Of a stretch of 64,000 nt of DNA, positions 36,873-50,242 are shown piece by piece (position 1 is the stretch's first letter; every line of letters starts with the position of its first letter). The position numbers and the translations under genes are program-made. The notes beneath the pieces were generated by a model. The model was not told the origin of the DNA, searched no databases, and worked only from the letters and a program-made list of their open reading frames with translations. The stretch comes from Octopus sinensis (taxonomy: Eukaryota), in assembly GCF_006345805.1 (NCBI RefSeq), contig NC_043001.1:12462001-12526000 (forward strand), in the 5' to 3' direction.

Positions 36873-37146
36873 GGGTAAAGACCCCCTTCGGTCATGAATG
36901 ACCATGGGATTGCACCTAGAAAGTTACCCTCCTAGACACAAGTCCGGGCACGGTTGTTTATGGAAGACCAGCAGTCGCCCATGCATACCAGCCTCCTCTC
37001 TCCACGCCACCAGTGTTAACCAAGGGAAAGACAAAGGTCGATACAGCTTGGCACCAGTGACGTCGCAACTCATTTCTACAGCTGAGTGAACTGGAGCAAC
37101 GTGAAATAAAGTGCCTTGCTCAAGAACACAACACCCAGCCCGGTCC
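36873..37146 (-). mobile_element. 5'-truncated CORE-like SINE, working family F
   Basis: TGTGTTCTTGAGCAAGGCACTTTATTTCACGTTGCTCCAG shared with family D, with a different tail ending CTTTACCCTTT. Confidence 0.8.
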
Positions 37147-37544
37147 ACAGCTGATATATTCATATTTTTGTGTAACATTCAAAGGTTTCTACATTAAATT
37201 TAATCCTAACATGATATTCTGTAAATGTATTTTACTTCCTGAGTTAACTGAAATTTTAGTATCTTCGATTCTTGTTAGAACGTTACTAAAAGTTTCCGAC
37301 CGTACCCGGATTTGAATCTTGTATTCATAAATATTACAAACAAAATATTAATAGGGGTGGCATGCTGAAAGTATCTCCCTATGTATTGATCCTACTTAGT
37401 ACTGAGGGTTTTCGTGTGTAAATATGTTGTTATTAGTGAAACATAATTCTGGAGTCAAAATTTGTTTTAGAAAACTTATAATATGCACTTAAATTGTTTA
37501 CATTGCTTTTATCGTTCCCATTACTATGTTAGTGTGTGTGTGTG

Positions 37545-37973
<429 letters not shown>

Positions 37974-38876
37974 TGCAACGCAAGCGTACATCCCTTATTG
38001 AAATAAAATACGGAAACGGTTTCGACTGCAATATGAACGCCAAATAATGGTTGCACTTTAACAAATGTGTATCACAGTCCATTAAAATTCTATATAACAA
38101 AAGAGATCGCAACGATTTAGCAATCACATTCATGAGAGCATGAAAAAATTTTATCGGAAAATACACACTATTAGCTACAGTACTTTGTGCTTAAATCTCC
38201 ATTCAACAGACAAGAATTACTGTCAAATTTACACCAGTTTCTCGTGTTTCCTTTCTTCTTGGTCGTACGCTGCCATATACAGGTTGAACACAAATTATAA
38301 TGTTAAGATTATCTATTTAACAATGGTACATTCATCTCGAAGTTCATTCCGCTAACAGATCAAATGAATGGCGAACTATTCGTTTCTATCAATTACAAAC
38401 AATATATCGCCATATATCCGGTATTCGACGTGATAGGAGAAAAGTAGAGAAAGGGTAAAAAAAAAAAGATTGTAAAAAACGTCCATGCGTTACTTCCTAA
38501 ATACAATTTCATTTGGAAGATGATTATAATAGCAATAATGGAGACGATATGTTAAATGTCGACAGGAATTGATGAACATACCGATAGAATACTTGTGAAT
38601 GGATGCATCATAAAAACAGAATTAGAGGTAGGTATAGTGTTTTGGATTTAGTGACAAGTATTAATACATGATAGCATTATTTTTTGTTTGTTTGTTATAA
38701 AACATAGCACATTTCATGTAAACCTATAATTATATTGATTTTTGAGATATATGCAGGTTTAGTGAACAGAGATGACTTTCACAGTGAGTCAGTTAGGCAG
38801 AGTCTCGTTGGTTGCTACAAATTGCATGATTTGGAGGAGAATTTCCTGTGAAAATATAGAAGAATACCTGCTTCAA

Positions 38877-38992
<116 letters not shown>

Positions 38993-39176
38993 TATATATA
39001 TACATGTAGACATACATATATATATATATTTATGTATATATATATATATTCATATATATATATACATATACATGTGTATATATATAGATATATATATATA
39101 TATAGATGTGCTTTGTTGTCGTCTGTCGCTTTCTTGTTCCATATTTGGGAATTATATATATATATGTATGTATTTA

Positions 39177-40458
39177 CAGTGTGGGGAAGCAAAATTTACA
39201 ATATTTTGAGGCAGGGATTGAAAGATATGTATGACCAATTAGTTTATCGAAAGTTAATGGATTTATCTGCCACAAGAAAATTTACGTAATTGAAAATTTT
39301 TTTAATTCTATGTGTCCTCCTTTCTCAATAACTGCCTTCGCACGCTACCTGAAACTTGCACAGGCGTTCTTCAAATATTCGGGAGACAACTTCTCCCATT
39401 CTTCTTTAATATTATCTTTAAGAGAGTCGACATTGCTTTGTAATGTTCTATTAGTAGCATGTTCTAAAACGCCCCAAATAGCAAAATCCAGAGAGTTTAG
39501 ATCTGGGCTACAAGGCAGCCATAAGCATGATTCCAAAAAATTGCTAAAGTTGGATTTGCAAAAATCTTGTATTTTTCTAGCTGTGTGAGCTGGAGCACCA
39601 TCCTGTGTCCATACATAATTACCATCTGGGTAGTTTGCTTTAAGCCATGGCAATACCTGGTATCTCAGAGTCTTGTAGTAAGTATTAACATTGATCTTTT
39701 CATCAGCTTTCTAGAATTTTATAGGCATTTTCTTTCCATCGGAAGCCACAACACCAAAACCATAACTTTAGCAGGATGTTTTGTTTAGAATGTCCCCTCA
39801 ACCTCAGCTGTTGATTTTGCAATAAATCTGTCATTTCTATGGTTCAGAACAGCATCGACAGTGAAGATCTTTTCATCGGAAAAGATCGTTACAATTAAGG
39901 ACTTTTTTCTTGAACCGTGTAATAATTTTCTTGCACTTTTCCAATCTCTTTTCCTTCATAGCTGTTGTCAAAATGTGTTTTGGTGTTCTTGTGTAAGATT
40001 TTAACCTAAAATCATATTTTACTGAATTTCTACTGGTCTTGTTGTCTACCTCAAGTTCAATTGCCATTTTTCTCATGCATTTGGTTGGATCCTTTAGGAG
40101 TTTGGATTTGAAAGCTTTAATAAAAGTTTTGGTACGTTTTTTGTTGATTCCTCCACTTCCAGACTTCCTCGTAATAGTTTTGCTTACAGTCATTCTATTC
40201 TTTACATTATAAATAGTCTTTACGGACACTCCAACTATTCTTGAAATCTCCTTTGGTGTGACGAGTGCATTCAGAAAATCACACACTCTTTGACATTTGC
40301 TTTTCTGATTACTTATATGGGCAAAAGTTTCTGAAAAGGTAAGGCTAATAGTGTTAGGTATGATTATGACATCAATATATGCTAGGTTTCAAAACAATTG
40401 ACTTAGTGCTGAGAAAATACAACTTAACGTTCATTGTAAATTTTGCTTCCCTACCCTG
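39177..40458 (-). mobile_element. Full-length but disrupted DD37D (maT-type) IS630-Tc1-mariner transposon
   Basis: 26-bp TIRs (..GGGAAGCAAAATTTACAAT), TA on both flanks; FSDEK / QDGAPAHT / SPDLNSLD with 37 residues between the last two Asp; frameshifts present. Confidence 0.93.
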
Positions 40459-40472
40459 TATGTATCTATATG

Positions 40473-40543
<71 letters not shown>

Positions 40544-41229
40544 TAGATAGATAGATAGATAGATAGATTTCATTTATGAACTTTTAAAGTACAAAGTAGA
40601 TCTCGTTCACCTTTAGAATTATCAAATAGCTAGTACTATTACGGTGTATACCAAGTCTAAATGTACTCATTCTTGACTCTGTATATTCAATTATATATGT
40701 GTGTGTGTGTATAGGCGTAGGGGGTGGGAATCATCCTCGGCGATATTGATGTGGAGCAAGTTATATTGCCTGCGAGCAGTCCTAGCCTTGAGGTGACTGA
40801 TGACAGAGTTCTGGTGAGATTCTCTTCCAACCATAAATCATACGAACTAAGGCCGAAATTGACCATAAATGCAGGTCAGCCAATGTCTGTTGTGTGAGTG
40901 TATGTACAAGCGGGAGTGTGCGCGAATGTTATTAAATGCATCCCAACCTAAGTCATCTTGCTAAACAACCTTCTGTTCCCTAGAAACCTAACCTGCTGAT
41001 ATATATCTTTATCGTCCCTTTCCTAGTGCTATTCCTTTGTCTAAACCCACTGTAACTTAATCCCCCCTTTCTATCCACTCAGTTCCCATACAAAGTATTT
41101 TATTTATCAACGGTTATACGTCTATATTTACAAATGTTTGCAATTCTTATAGAAAGATAATAATAATTGAATATTATAGAAATGTTTCATTCCCTAACCA
41201 AACGGATATATAAGAACATGGCAGCCAAA

Positions 41230-41640
41230 ACTCAGTATCTTTAGCCAGACATAACTTTATGTATTACTCTACCTGATAAGACCCAGACTGCAAAATACAT
41301 ACAACGGAGCCTGTTGAACGGAATCAAACGCATAAGGGACAGTGGAAAGATGAGTCAAAACGACCGTTGTACAAAATAAAGATTAATACCAATTTCATCT
41401 GGTTACTTAAACAATTATTATGATTATCTCAACTAAAAGTGCGGAGTTCCTAAAGTAGATACAATGGAAATATACCTCGACACCAGTTAGCCCAAACTGT
41501 GCCAGTGGTCTACTAGAGACTGCAACAAACCTATTAATCAAGAAGGATGACCATAAGTGGACATCCATTATGCTGGAAGTCGACGCCTATTGTCTTACCA
41601 CTAAAAAAGGAACGTTCTCAAGAAAATTTAGCAAACGCCA
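41230..41640 (+). mobile_element. Very decayed RTE-like 3' fragment
   Basis: QRSLLNGIKRIRD and KKDDHKWTSIML resemble RTE C-terminal motifs. Confidence 0.3.
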
Positions 41641-41966
41641 GAACGTAAGCGAGCAAGACAAATGAAAAGATACAAAATATACAGAATAATCACAAACTCA
41701 GTTTCGTTGTTACCACTTACGTAATCACTTATGTAGATGTCGACTTCTAGCGTAATGGATGTTCACGAAATCACTTACGTAGGGTCGACATCTAGTATAG
41801 TGGATGTCCACTAGTCGCCATCCCTCTTATATGTATGTAATATAAGTTTTCTGAATCTTCAGATTTTTCTATATCCTATACCACTGGTTTTAAATTGATA
41901 TCAATCAAATTAATATTCAATTTTTCACCCTTATTTTAAATTTAAATTTATATATATAAATAAATA

Positions 41967-42480
41967 TATCGGGTTGTCTGGAAAGTTCGTGCCAATTTTT
42001 AAAGGAAAGAAAAAGGTCAATAAATATTTGCCATTACATCTTTATCAACCAAATATAAAACATTTTATTGCACAATGCGCCTCCATCTTTCCTTTAACTT
42101 GAAAATACCCTCTTCCCAGAATCGAGGTAGTTTCATGGCAAAGAATTCATCAAGATATCTTTTTCCGTCATCCAAGGAATTGCAGAGACCTGAATAAGTG
42201 GAAATCCGACGGAGCAATATCTAGTGAATATGGAGGGTGGGGTAACACATCCCAGCCGAGCTTCAGCAATTTTTGTCTGGTTCTCAAATCATCAAATGTC
42301 GAAAATGAACTTTCTCATCTTCCATTTTAAAGGGTTACAGAATTAACACAGTTTATAGGAACATAAACCTTCTTCCACGAAAAGATAGATTAAACTGTGC
42401 TCTAAATGGAGGTGTAGTCAAATCCTATTTCATGGACTCAACCATGTTCTAAAATAAGTCGAAAGGTAAGCTACTACACA
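41967..42480 (-). mobile_element. Internally deleted mariner (DD34D-type) element
   Basis: MEDEKVHFRHLMI fused to KLLKLGWDVLPHPPYSLDIAPSDFHLFRSL; one TIR seen, at 41967. Confidence 0.85.
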
Positions 42481-43041
42481 CACAAACACGTATAAATGCA
42501 CTCATTCAGATACAAAATCTGAATTACTTTTTAGATGTGTGAGCATAGAGAAAGGAGAGTGTTTATGAGAGCGAGGTGGGGAAAAGTGAAAGCAACAAAG
42601 TTGGTATTTAAATATTGCTAATGAACATCCGCTAAAAAGTTGGTAAAGTATGAGCAAGAAGGTAACATTGTGAGATCAACGTTCTGAGAAGAAACGACAG
42701 AGTCAGCATACAAAGATTGTGTCTTGTGGGGGCAAATACAATAGAATGTGGAATCATTTAAGAATACTGAGAAAGGGGCGGTAAAGTAATCCTCCATTTG
42801 TAAGGAAAATGTGTCACAGTCACTGTTAAAAACGAAGGAAGATCGAAGAGAATGATTTACCACTTGAAATATTATTAATAAAGTGCAGCAACCTATCGAC
42901 TATCGCGGGTGTTACGTTCCAAAATTCCCCGTGATTGGTGAAAATCCGCGAAGTAGAAACGGTACTGTACTGTATATATACATATTTATTTTATTTTATA
43001 AGTTGTATATATATATTATATATATATATATTATATATATA

Positions 43042-43132
<91 letters not shown>

Positions 43133-43138
<6 letters not shown>

Positions 43139-43233
43139 GAAGGTTTAAAAATGCAATTTTAAAAGATATTTACTTACTTGACCGTCAAGTAAATAAACAT
43201 CTTTTAAAATTGCATTTTCAAACCTCCTTTCAT
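43133..43233. repeat. About 50-bp-arm palindrome with a 1-nt loop abutting (TA)n
   Basis: ATGAAAGAAGGTTT..ACTTGAC c GTCAAGT..AAACCTCCTTTCAT. Confidence 0.9.
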
Positions 43234-43318
43234 ATATAATTCCACTCGTGCGGTACCTTACAACTCCACTTTGTTATATATATATATGTAGGTATATATG
43301 TATGTATGTATGTATGCA

Positions 43319-43350
<32 letters not shown>

Positions 43351-43354
43351 GAGG

Positions 43355-43640
43355 TCGCCCAGAGCGCTGACCTTCTAAAATATTTTGCCAATTTATTTGG
43401 AATTTCGACCTGCTTCCAGCATTTCCCGATCCATTTACATCAAGATTTACATCCCCGTATACTTCGCAATCCCGGCTTTGTGTCATAGTATTTGCAACAG
43501 ATGGAGAGACATGTGTTCTTTCATCTGCTCACACAAAATTCCTTCACTTTTAGAAGTACGGTCTGGTAGTTATTACTAAGACCAACTCAGTTACATTGCC
43601 ATGGTTACGAATTATTTGTTCTTCATACTTTTTAAAGCAG
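43355..43640 (-). pseudogene. Possible pogo/Tigger-like transposase C-terminal relic
   Basis: MKEHMS..TKPG..CKWIGKCWKQV..AKYFRRS resembles the DDE_1 C-terminus; requires frameshifts. Confidence 0.3.
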
Positions 43641-44679
43641 CTGCGTTTCTGCTCAGGATCGGACAGGAATCCCCACTCACCATCTTAAATTCCAGTTGCG
43701 ATAGATGACATATTTCTTCCTTCAGTTTATAGTCATCTTGTTCCTACCCAGGCATTTGTCCGTCATTCACAGGATTTAATCTTACTAATCCATGTAATAC
43801 AGCATGTCATTCCAAATTTTGAAAACCTCTGGAATAGGGGATCACATGTCGAATAAATCCTTTCTCGGGAAGACTTATAGTATTTCTAATGTTATCTTCC
43901 TGTATGTGCAATATTGCCTGGGTTTTGCTACACAAGCAAAATTGACAATCATAGCAAACACTATACTGTTTTACTCTTATCGATTTGTGTAGTAGAATCT
44001 TTGGTGTTGTTTATGCATCGTGCTCTGATCATGTTCGATCGATTTTAAAGATGTTTTTGCTGCTGACGCAACACACATGTTTTATGTTTTATTTGAAAGC
44101 GTTCAGTTAAAAGTACGTTTGCGAACATCTAGGTTTGACCTGAAACATATTACTATCCGATGTGTGTATGAGTGTAAGTATAAGGAAGCGTGCGAATGCT
44201 GATTTTTTTTTTGTGTGTGTGTGTTGTCGCTTCTTGTGCTGTTGTCACACGTTTTGTTTACAATGTTGCAGTTTATATTCTCAGATGCATTTTTTCCTTT
44301 CTTCATTCCCTGCAATTAGAATGTCAACATGATTAGCTTCATTCACTTTTTTTTCTCTTCGGTTTGTTAATGATTTAAAAAAAATTTTTACGAGCTGTCT
44401 TACAAATGTTCATTGTTAATTCTCTCTGTATAGATATTGTGAGCGTGTGGGGCTGGGGTGGAGGTGGGGATAGTTCTACTGGAAAAGAAATTACACGGTT
44501 ACACAACAAACAAATTACCCCACCCACCCCAAAAATGCAAACAATATTGCAATTCCTAGTGCGCTTCCAAATAATCTACTAAAATTGACCCCGAGAATTG
44601 TTTTTAACATCTTATATATATTTCAAAAACATCCTCAATTCTTTCAAATTCATGCTCATGTGAAATTCCTTATATTATT

Positions 44680-45058
44680 ATTACCTCGGCCTTACCGAAG
44701 GCGGAGGTTTGTTTCCAGTCGTGTATGTTTGTTTGTTTGTCCGTGGACAAGGTATCTCAAGAACCGTTGGATGCATTCGGATAAACCTGTCAGGGATGTA
44801 TGGCCTCGTGACTGTAATCCGGCAACGGACAATGATTCTGGATTATTTTCCCTGTATTTTATTAAATTTTGAGTGCGGCAGGGTTGATGTTTAGTATTCT
44901 CGTTTCTGAGAACGGTCGGATTCCTTTTTAGAATTCTTGTTCGTCAGAGCAGTCGAGTTTGTTTCAGATTTTCTCATTTTTTAAATCATCTCTGACTAAT
45001 CATTGAGAGGACGTTGGTGCTGCCTTGGCGGAGGTTGGCGCTTTCTAAGTGCTCTTCT
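44680..45058 (+). mobile_element. Helentron-associated non-autonomous element (HINE/DINE-1-like)
   Basis: 5' ATTACCTCGGCCTT..AAGGCGGAGG palindrome, GTTT microsatellite, 3' subTIR CCTTGGCGGAGG and hairpin GCGCT-ttcta-AGTGC. Confidence 0.75.
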
Positions 45059-45769
45059 TTGTATGTTATTTACTTTTTTCCCCATTTTATTCATTTTCTT
45101 TTCCAGTTTTGACAGCGATTTTGGTCCTAATCGATAGCCTGATGACGATCTCCTGGAGCTTGATCAAGTAACTTATTTCTGCTGTGCGCTACACCTTCAC
45201 TATTAACAGTTCTAACCTCATTGGCACAGCTGTGGTTATTACTTATATTTAACATCACTCCTTTAGAGTTAGCATGTGTAAAGTTGTGCAATCACCAATG
45301 TTTATCGTGACAATATCAATAAATGGGTTACTAGCCAAAATTCCGACAGTCCACATCTACCTTTGTTTACACTGTTTTTAGTGCCAGTTTCGATCAATCC
45401 ATTGTTTTATATCGTTGTATTTGTCATTTTCACTCCTGAGAATTTCGGTGTTGAGATGGCACAGCAGTCGGTGTTTTTATTGAGTCATCTTCACTAGAAG
45501 GGTTGCCGACAAAGACTAAAGGGACCCCTGCTCCTATGAGACAAGATGCCAACCTGATATTTCTAGGTCTCAGGGTGGGCTAACGGGTGCTACACTTTGC
45601 GCAAAAGTGGCTTGAAGGAAGTTCTCGTTAAGGGCAACCTTGTTCTTCCCCCGTCGTGACACCACAACTGGGTGCAATTTGATGCCATGCTAATACCGTT
45701 ATTAAGGGGACGAGTCGGCAGAATTGTTAGCGCACCGGGCTAATACCACAGAATCATCAAAACCAGGAA

Positions 45770-46018
45770 GGCTATAAATATCTGGGTATCATTGAAAGAG
45801 ATAAGATAAATGAACACAAGATGAAAGAAATATAGAGGAAAGAGTATTTGAGGAGAACTCGACTCGTGTTCCAATCGAAGCTAAATGGCAGCTATAAGAT
45901 TAAAGCAATTTACATGAGGGTGGGGGCTTTGATGAGATATGGGGCAGGAACAGTATGTTGAAAGAAGAGTTACAAGATATAGACCGAGAACAAGTAAATT
46001 AATGACAATGAACAAGGA
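45770..46018 (+). mobile_element. R4/Dong-like RT C-terminal fragment
   Basis: GYKYLGIIERD..KEYLRRTRLVFQSKLNG..KIKAI..MRYGAG..LQDIDR. Confidence 0.8.
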
Positions 46019-46020
46019 AT

Positions 46021-46125
46021 AAGGCTTACAAAGAATAAGTCCTGTAACGGATTTGCTCGACTAAAGGCTGTGCTCCAGAATGGCCTCAGTCAAATGACTG
46101 AAGCAAGTAAAAGAATACAAGAATA
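46021..46125 (+). mobile_element. SINE family B 3' fragment
   Basis: GGCTTACAAAGAATAAGTCC..AAGTAAAAGAAT. Confidence 0.85.
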
Positions 46126-46146
46126 CGTGTATGTAATCATATATGC

Positions 46147-46200
<54 letters not shown>

Positions 46201-46230
46201 ACATATATATATATATGTATATATATATTA

Positions 46231-46295
<65 letters not shown>

Positions 46296-47056
46296 GCACA
46301 TAGACAAGGACACATACATGTGTGTGTGTGTGTGTAAGCATAGAATCAGCATAGAATCAGGTGATATGAGAAGTGATTCTATGATTTTTTTGTTTATTAA
46401 TTGTTCCATACGGAAATATTCACTGCTTGTGTATACTGGATTTCCGGTTGCATCCGCGAATAAACATATGTCGTAGTTTAGCTACTATAAGAACTGATAG
46501 CTGATTCCTTGCGTGAGAGCTTTCCGAGTGTTCTGCTTGTGTCTAGAAAACCAGTTTTTTCTATTTTATTTGTGTGTGTGTATGTGCGTGCATAGGTATG
46601 CACGTGTGTCTCTGTGTGTATGTATACATGTGTGTCTGGGTGTATGCGTGTGATATATGTGTATTAAAGAGAAAGTATATACTTCAGTATTAAGAATTTC
46701 ACATTTCTCCTTTCTTTTCTAACCAATCATGACATGCATCTTCATATTCTACATTTCTAATTCTTCTGGCTTTTCGTTATAAGCTTTCGCAATAAACTGT
46801 CATTTACTTTCTGACGTATGTCACATTTATTTAGAGATGCTACTTTCACTTTCGCTTTGTACCATCTCTTTAATCTACTGCTATTAACACCTTTTATATT
46901 TTCCCCCCTTGCGCCCAACATCTGATCCTTTATTCCTTTATGTCGTAATGCCTTTCTTTGAAAGCTCTGCAATTTCCCCTGTTGCCATTCTCTTTTTCCT
47001 TATATCATTATTCTCTTCTTTCGCATTTTTCATTCAAATTACTACCACTTTCTTAA

Positions 47057-47087
<31 letters not shown>

Positions 47088-47838
47088 CTATCTCTTGGTA
47101 TATTTACAACTCTTACTTCCATTCAACTGCCTTTTTTCCCATCCGTTCGTGGTCTGACATTTCTACCTCACTCACTCTCTATATCACATACGGTTAAAAA
47201 CTTCTTTATTTACCAGTATTTCCTTTTCATTTATATGGACACCTGATATATTGATATCTTCTGTAGCTTCAATTAAGCCTTCAGTATCCACATTTCTCAA
47301 TAGGATTAGCCTCCTTGAAGTTCTCTTTAACACAGAAATGTTCTGCAAACTCAACGACTTCATATTAACACCACCAGGACTGCAGTTCACTTAGGACTAA
47401 TCGGGTAAGGCGCGATTGTGTTAAGGATAATACTTTGTAAATTGTCATTCGAAAATGCATAGGAAAGGACAGTCTCATTATGAATGAAACGCCACTAGAC
47501 AAGCTACATATTTATGTGGAAGCCAGAATGGAAACAGAATTATAGAGAACAGATCTCCCTAGAAACCGTTAAACAGTTCGATGAGGTAATAACGGAGCAG
47601 ACAAAAGTATTAGAGAGCAAGGCAGTAAGTTGGGTTTTGTTATATTTTCTATACAACATTAGCTATCAAAAGCATCAGCCTTCAGATATGCTTATGAATA
47701 TATATATACACTTGTGGTCAAAAGTGGTTATACAGTAGCTAAATATGAGTGAAATGCAATCTACATTTCTCTATATATTTTCTTTAACATAAGAATTCCA
47801 GGATCCTATCTGATTTGAACTAATTCTTTCGATAATAT

Positions 47839-48075
47839 TCTTTACTCTTTTACTTGTTTCAGTCATTTGAATGTGGCCATGGTGGAGCACCGCCTTTAGT
47901 AGATCAAATCGACCCCAGGACTTATTTCTTGTAAGCCCAGTACTTATTCTATCGGAATCTTTTGCAGAACCGCTAAATTACGGGAACGTAAACGCACCAG
48001 CCTCAGTTGTCAAGCGATGTTGGGGGGACAAACTCAGACACACAAATACACACACACACACACACACACACACAC

Positions 48076-48108
<33 letters not shown>

Positions 48109-48246
48109 TATATATATATATATTTATATATTTATATACATATATATACGACGGACTTCTTTCAGTTTCCGTCTACCAAACCCACTCACAAGACTTTGGT
48201 CGGCCCGAGGCTATAGTAGAAGACACTTGCCCAAGGTTCCACGCAG
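47839..48246 (-). mobile_element. 5'-truncated SINE family B
   Basis: Reverse complement of the family B body and tail. Confidence 0.9.
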
Positions 48247-49159
48247 ACAGACTCTATCTGAAATGCAGACAAAAGTGGTCGACCGGACAATGTTACTACT
48301 AAAGAAAATTAATTGCTTGTGGCTCAAGTAATCATTTAACGTCCCCAGAAACAATCCCTTATTCCACTTATGAACCATTAAGTCGACTTAAGAGACGCTT
48401 ACGTTTGAAAGAGAACTAGTGAAAGGAACGGAATATTTCACTCATATTAAGAAACTGTGTTCCTACATTTGCCCATGTTTGCACTTATAAAACGTTGTTT
48501 CACCTCGATGCAGATCCTGGAAATATCTATGTCAAAAAATTGAAAAAAGGAAATATAAAAATATATAGAAAGGAAATAAAAAATAGAGTTCCAAAAAGCA
48601 GGAGCCCAATACCGTGCGTTTTATTATTATTTTTTAATTATTATAATATGTATATACTGCCAAAAAACAATGATATAGGGTTGATGGTTTAAACTAATAT
48701 AAGTCATGTCGTATTTTAGCTAATCGCAGCATAATGAAAGGATAGAATTAAAATACAATTCCGGTCACACTTATACATTTGCACTTTCACTTTCGAGGGT
48801 TCAAGGAACTCAGAAACTTAAATTTTGTTTTGTTCATCGAAAGATCGAAAGAACAAGCATTGAGTGTACTTTCAGAAATCTTGCATTTGGACGATGGCAT
48901 TTTGGATGCCCCCAAATTTGTCAGTCGTGGCACTGGCGAACACCGATAAGAAAGTATGCTCTGAGTTTGGGACAAGAAAGCAATATGAATTCGTAACGAT
49001 ATATTCTGTAGAATTTCTAATATATTCCCAGTCTCAATGTGAATCTACATGACGAATTTTATATCAAAGCTATTTGCTGTTGCTTTCATATAAATTTCTA
49101 CCTAATAATCCTTCTTTATAAGAAGGTATGCAAAACACATAGATCGCTACCCACTACAC

Positions 49160-49341
49160 ATTCTTTATTTTCTCCCCTTGCTTCTTTCTGTGTTCCTTTC
49201 CTGTGGAAGAGCGTAGGCTCGAAACGTTAAAGACTTTTTTTCAATTCCGTAGAGTTACACTAATACATCTGTTTGTATTAGCATAAATACATGTCTACTC
49301 CACCTGTCTTCGTCTTTTTTTTTTTTTGTGAATTCTCCCTG

Positions 49342-49342
<1 letters not shown>
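49160..49342 (+). mobile_element. Penelope-like terminal fragment with degenerate hammerhead-like motif, followed by (TA)n
   Basis: CTTT-cCTGTGGA-A-GAGC-gtag-GCTC-GAAACGTT-AAAG at 49196-49232. Confidence 0.6.
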
Positions 49343-49423
<81 letters not shown>

Positions 49424-49442
49424 CATATATATATATATACAT

Positions 49443-49473
<31 letters not shown>

Positions 49474-49874
49474 CATACATATATATATAATATATGTGTG
49501 TGTTGTGGTGTGTGTGTGTGTGTGTGTGTCGTGTGTGTGTGTCTCTACTATAAGCCGACCATAGTCTTGTGAGTGTAATTGGTAGACAGAAACTGCAAGA
49601 AGCCCGTCGTATATAGTATATATATATATATATATATATAATTATATATCATATATATATATATGTATGTATATGTAATGGATATGTATACGTATTATAT
49701 ATATATAATATATATATACATATAATATATATAATTATATATTATATGTATGTATATATATATATATATATATACATATATATATAATGTATATATATAA
49801 TATATATATACATATATGCATATATATATACATATATATATATACACATACACTTATACATATACACATATATG

Positions 49875-49939
<65 letters not shown>

Positions 49940-50147
49940 ATATGTATACATGTATATGGTTTCTGTTTCCGTTAGAACCTGCTAAAATTTAAGTCTCAAT
50001 GACCGAATCAACTTTTAAATAACAGTATATCTAACTCCTACAACTAATTCTACTGAATAGTATCTTCCTACTTTTGTTCACTCACTTGCACACACACACG
50101 CAAACACACAAACACACACACACACGTATGTATGTGTGTATATATAA

Positions 50148-50228
<81 letters not shown>

Positions 50229-50242
50229 CAGACACATACATA

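Noticed and set aside
46720-47400. Possible LINE endonuclease-RT linker relic on the minus strand
   Set aside because: Only vague similarity (LIEATEDI) with many stops, so it cannot be supported.
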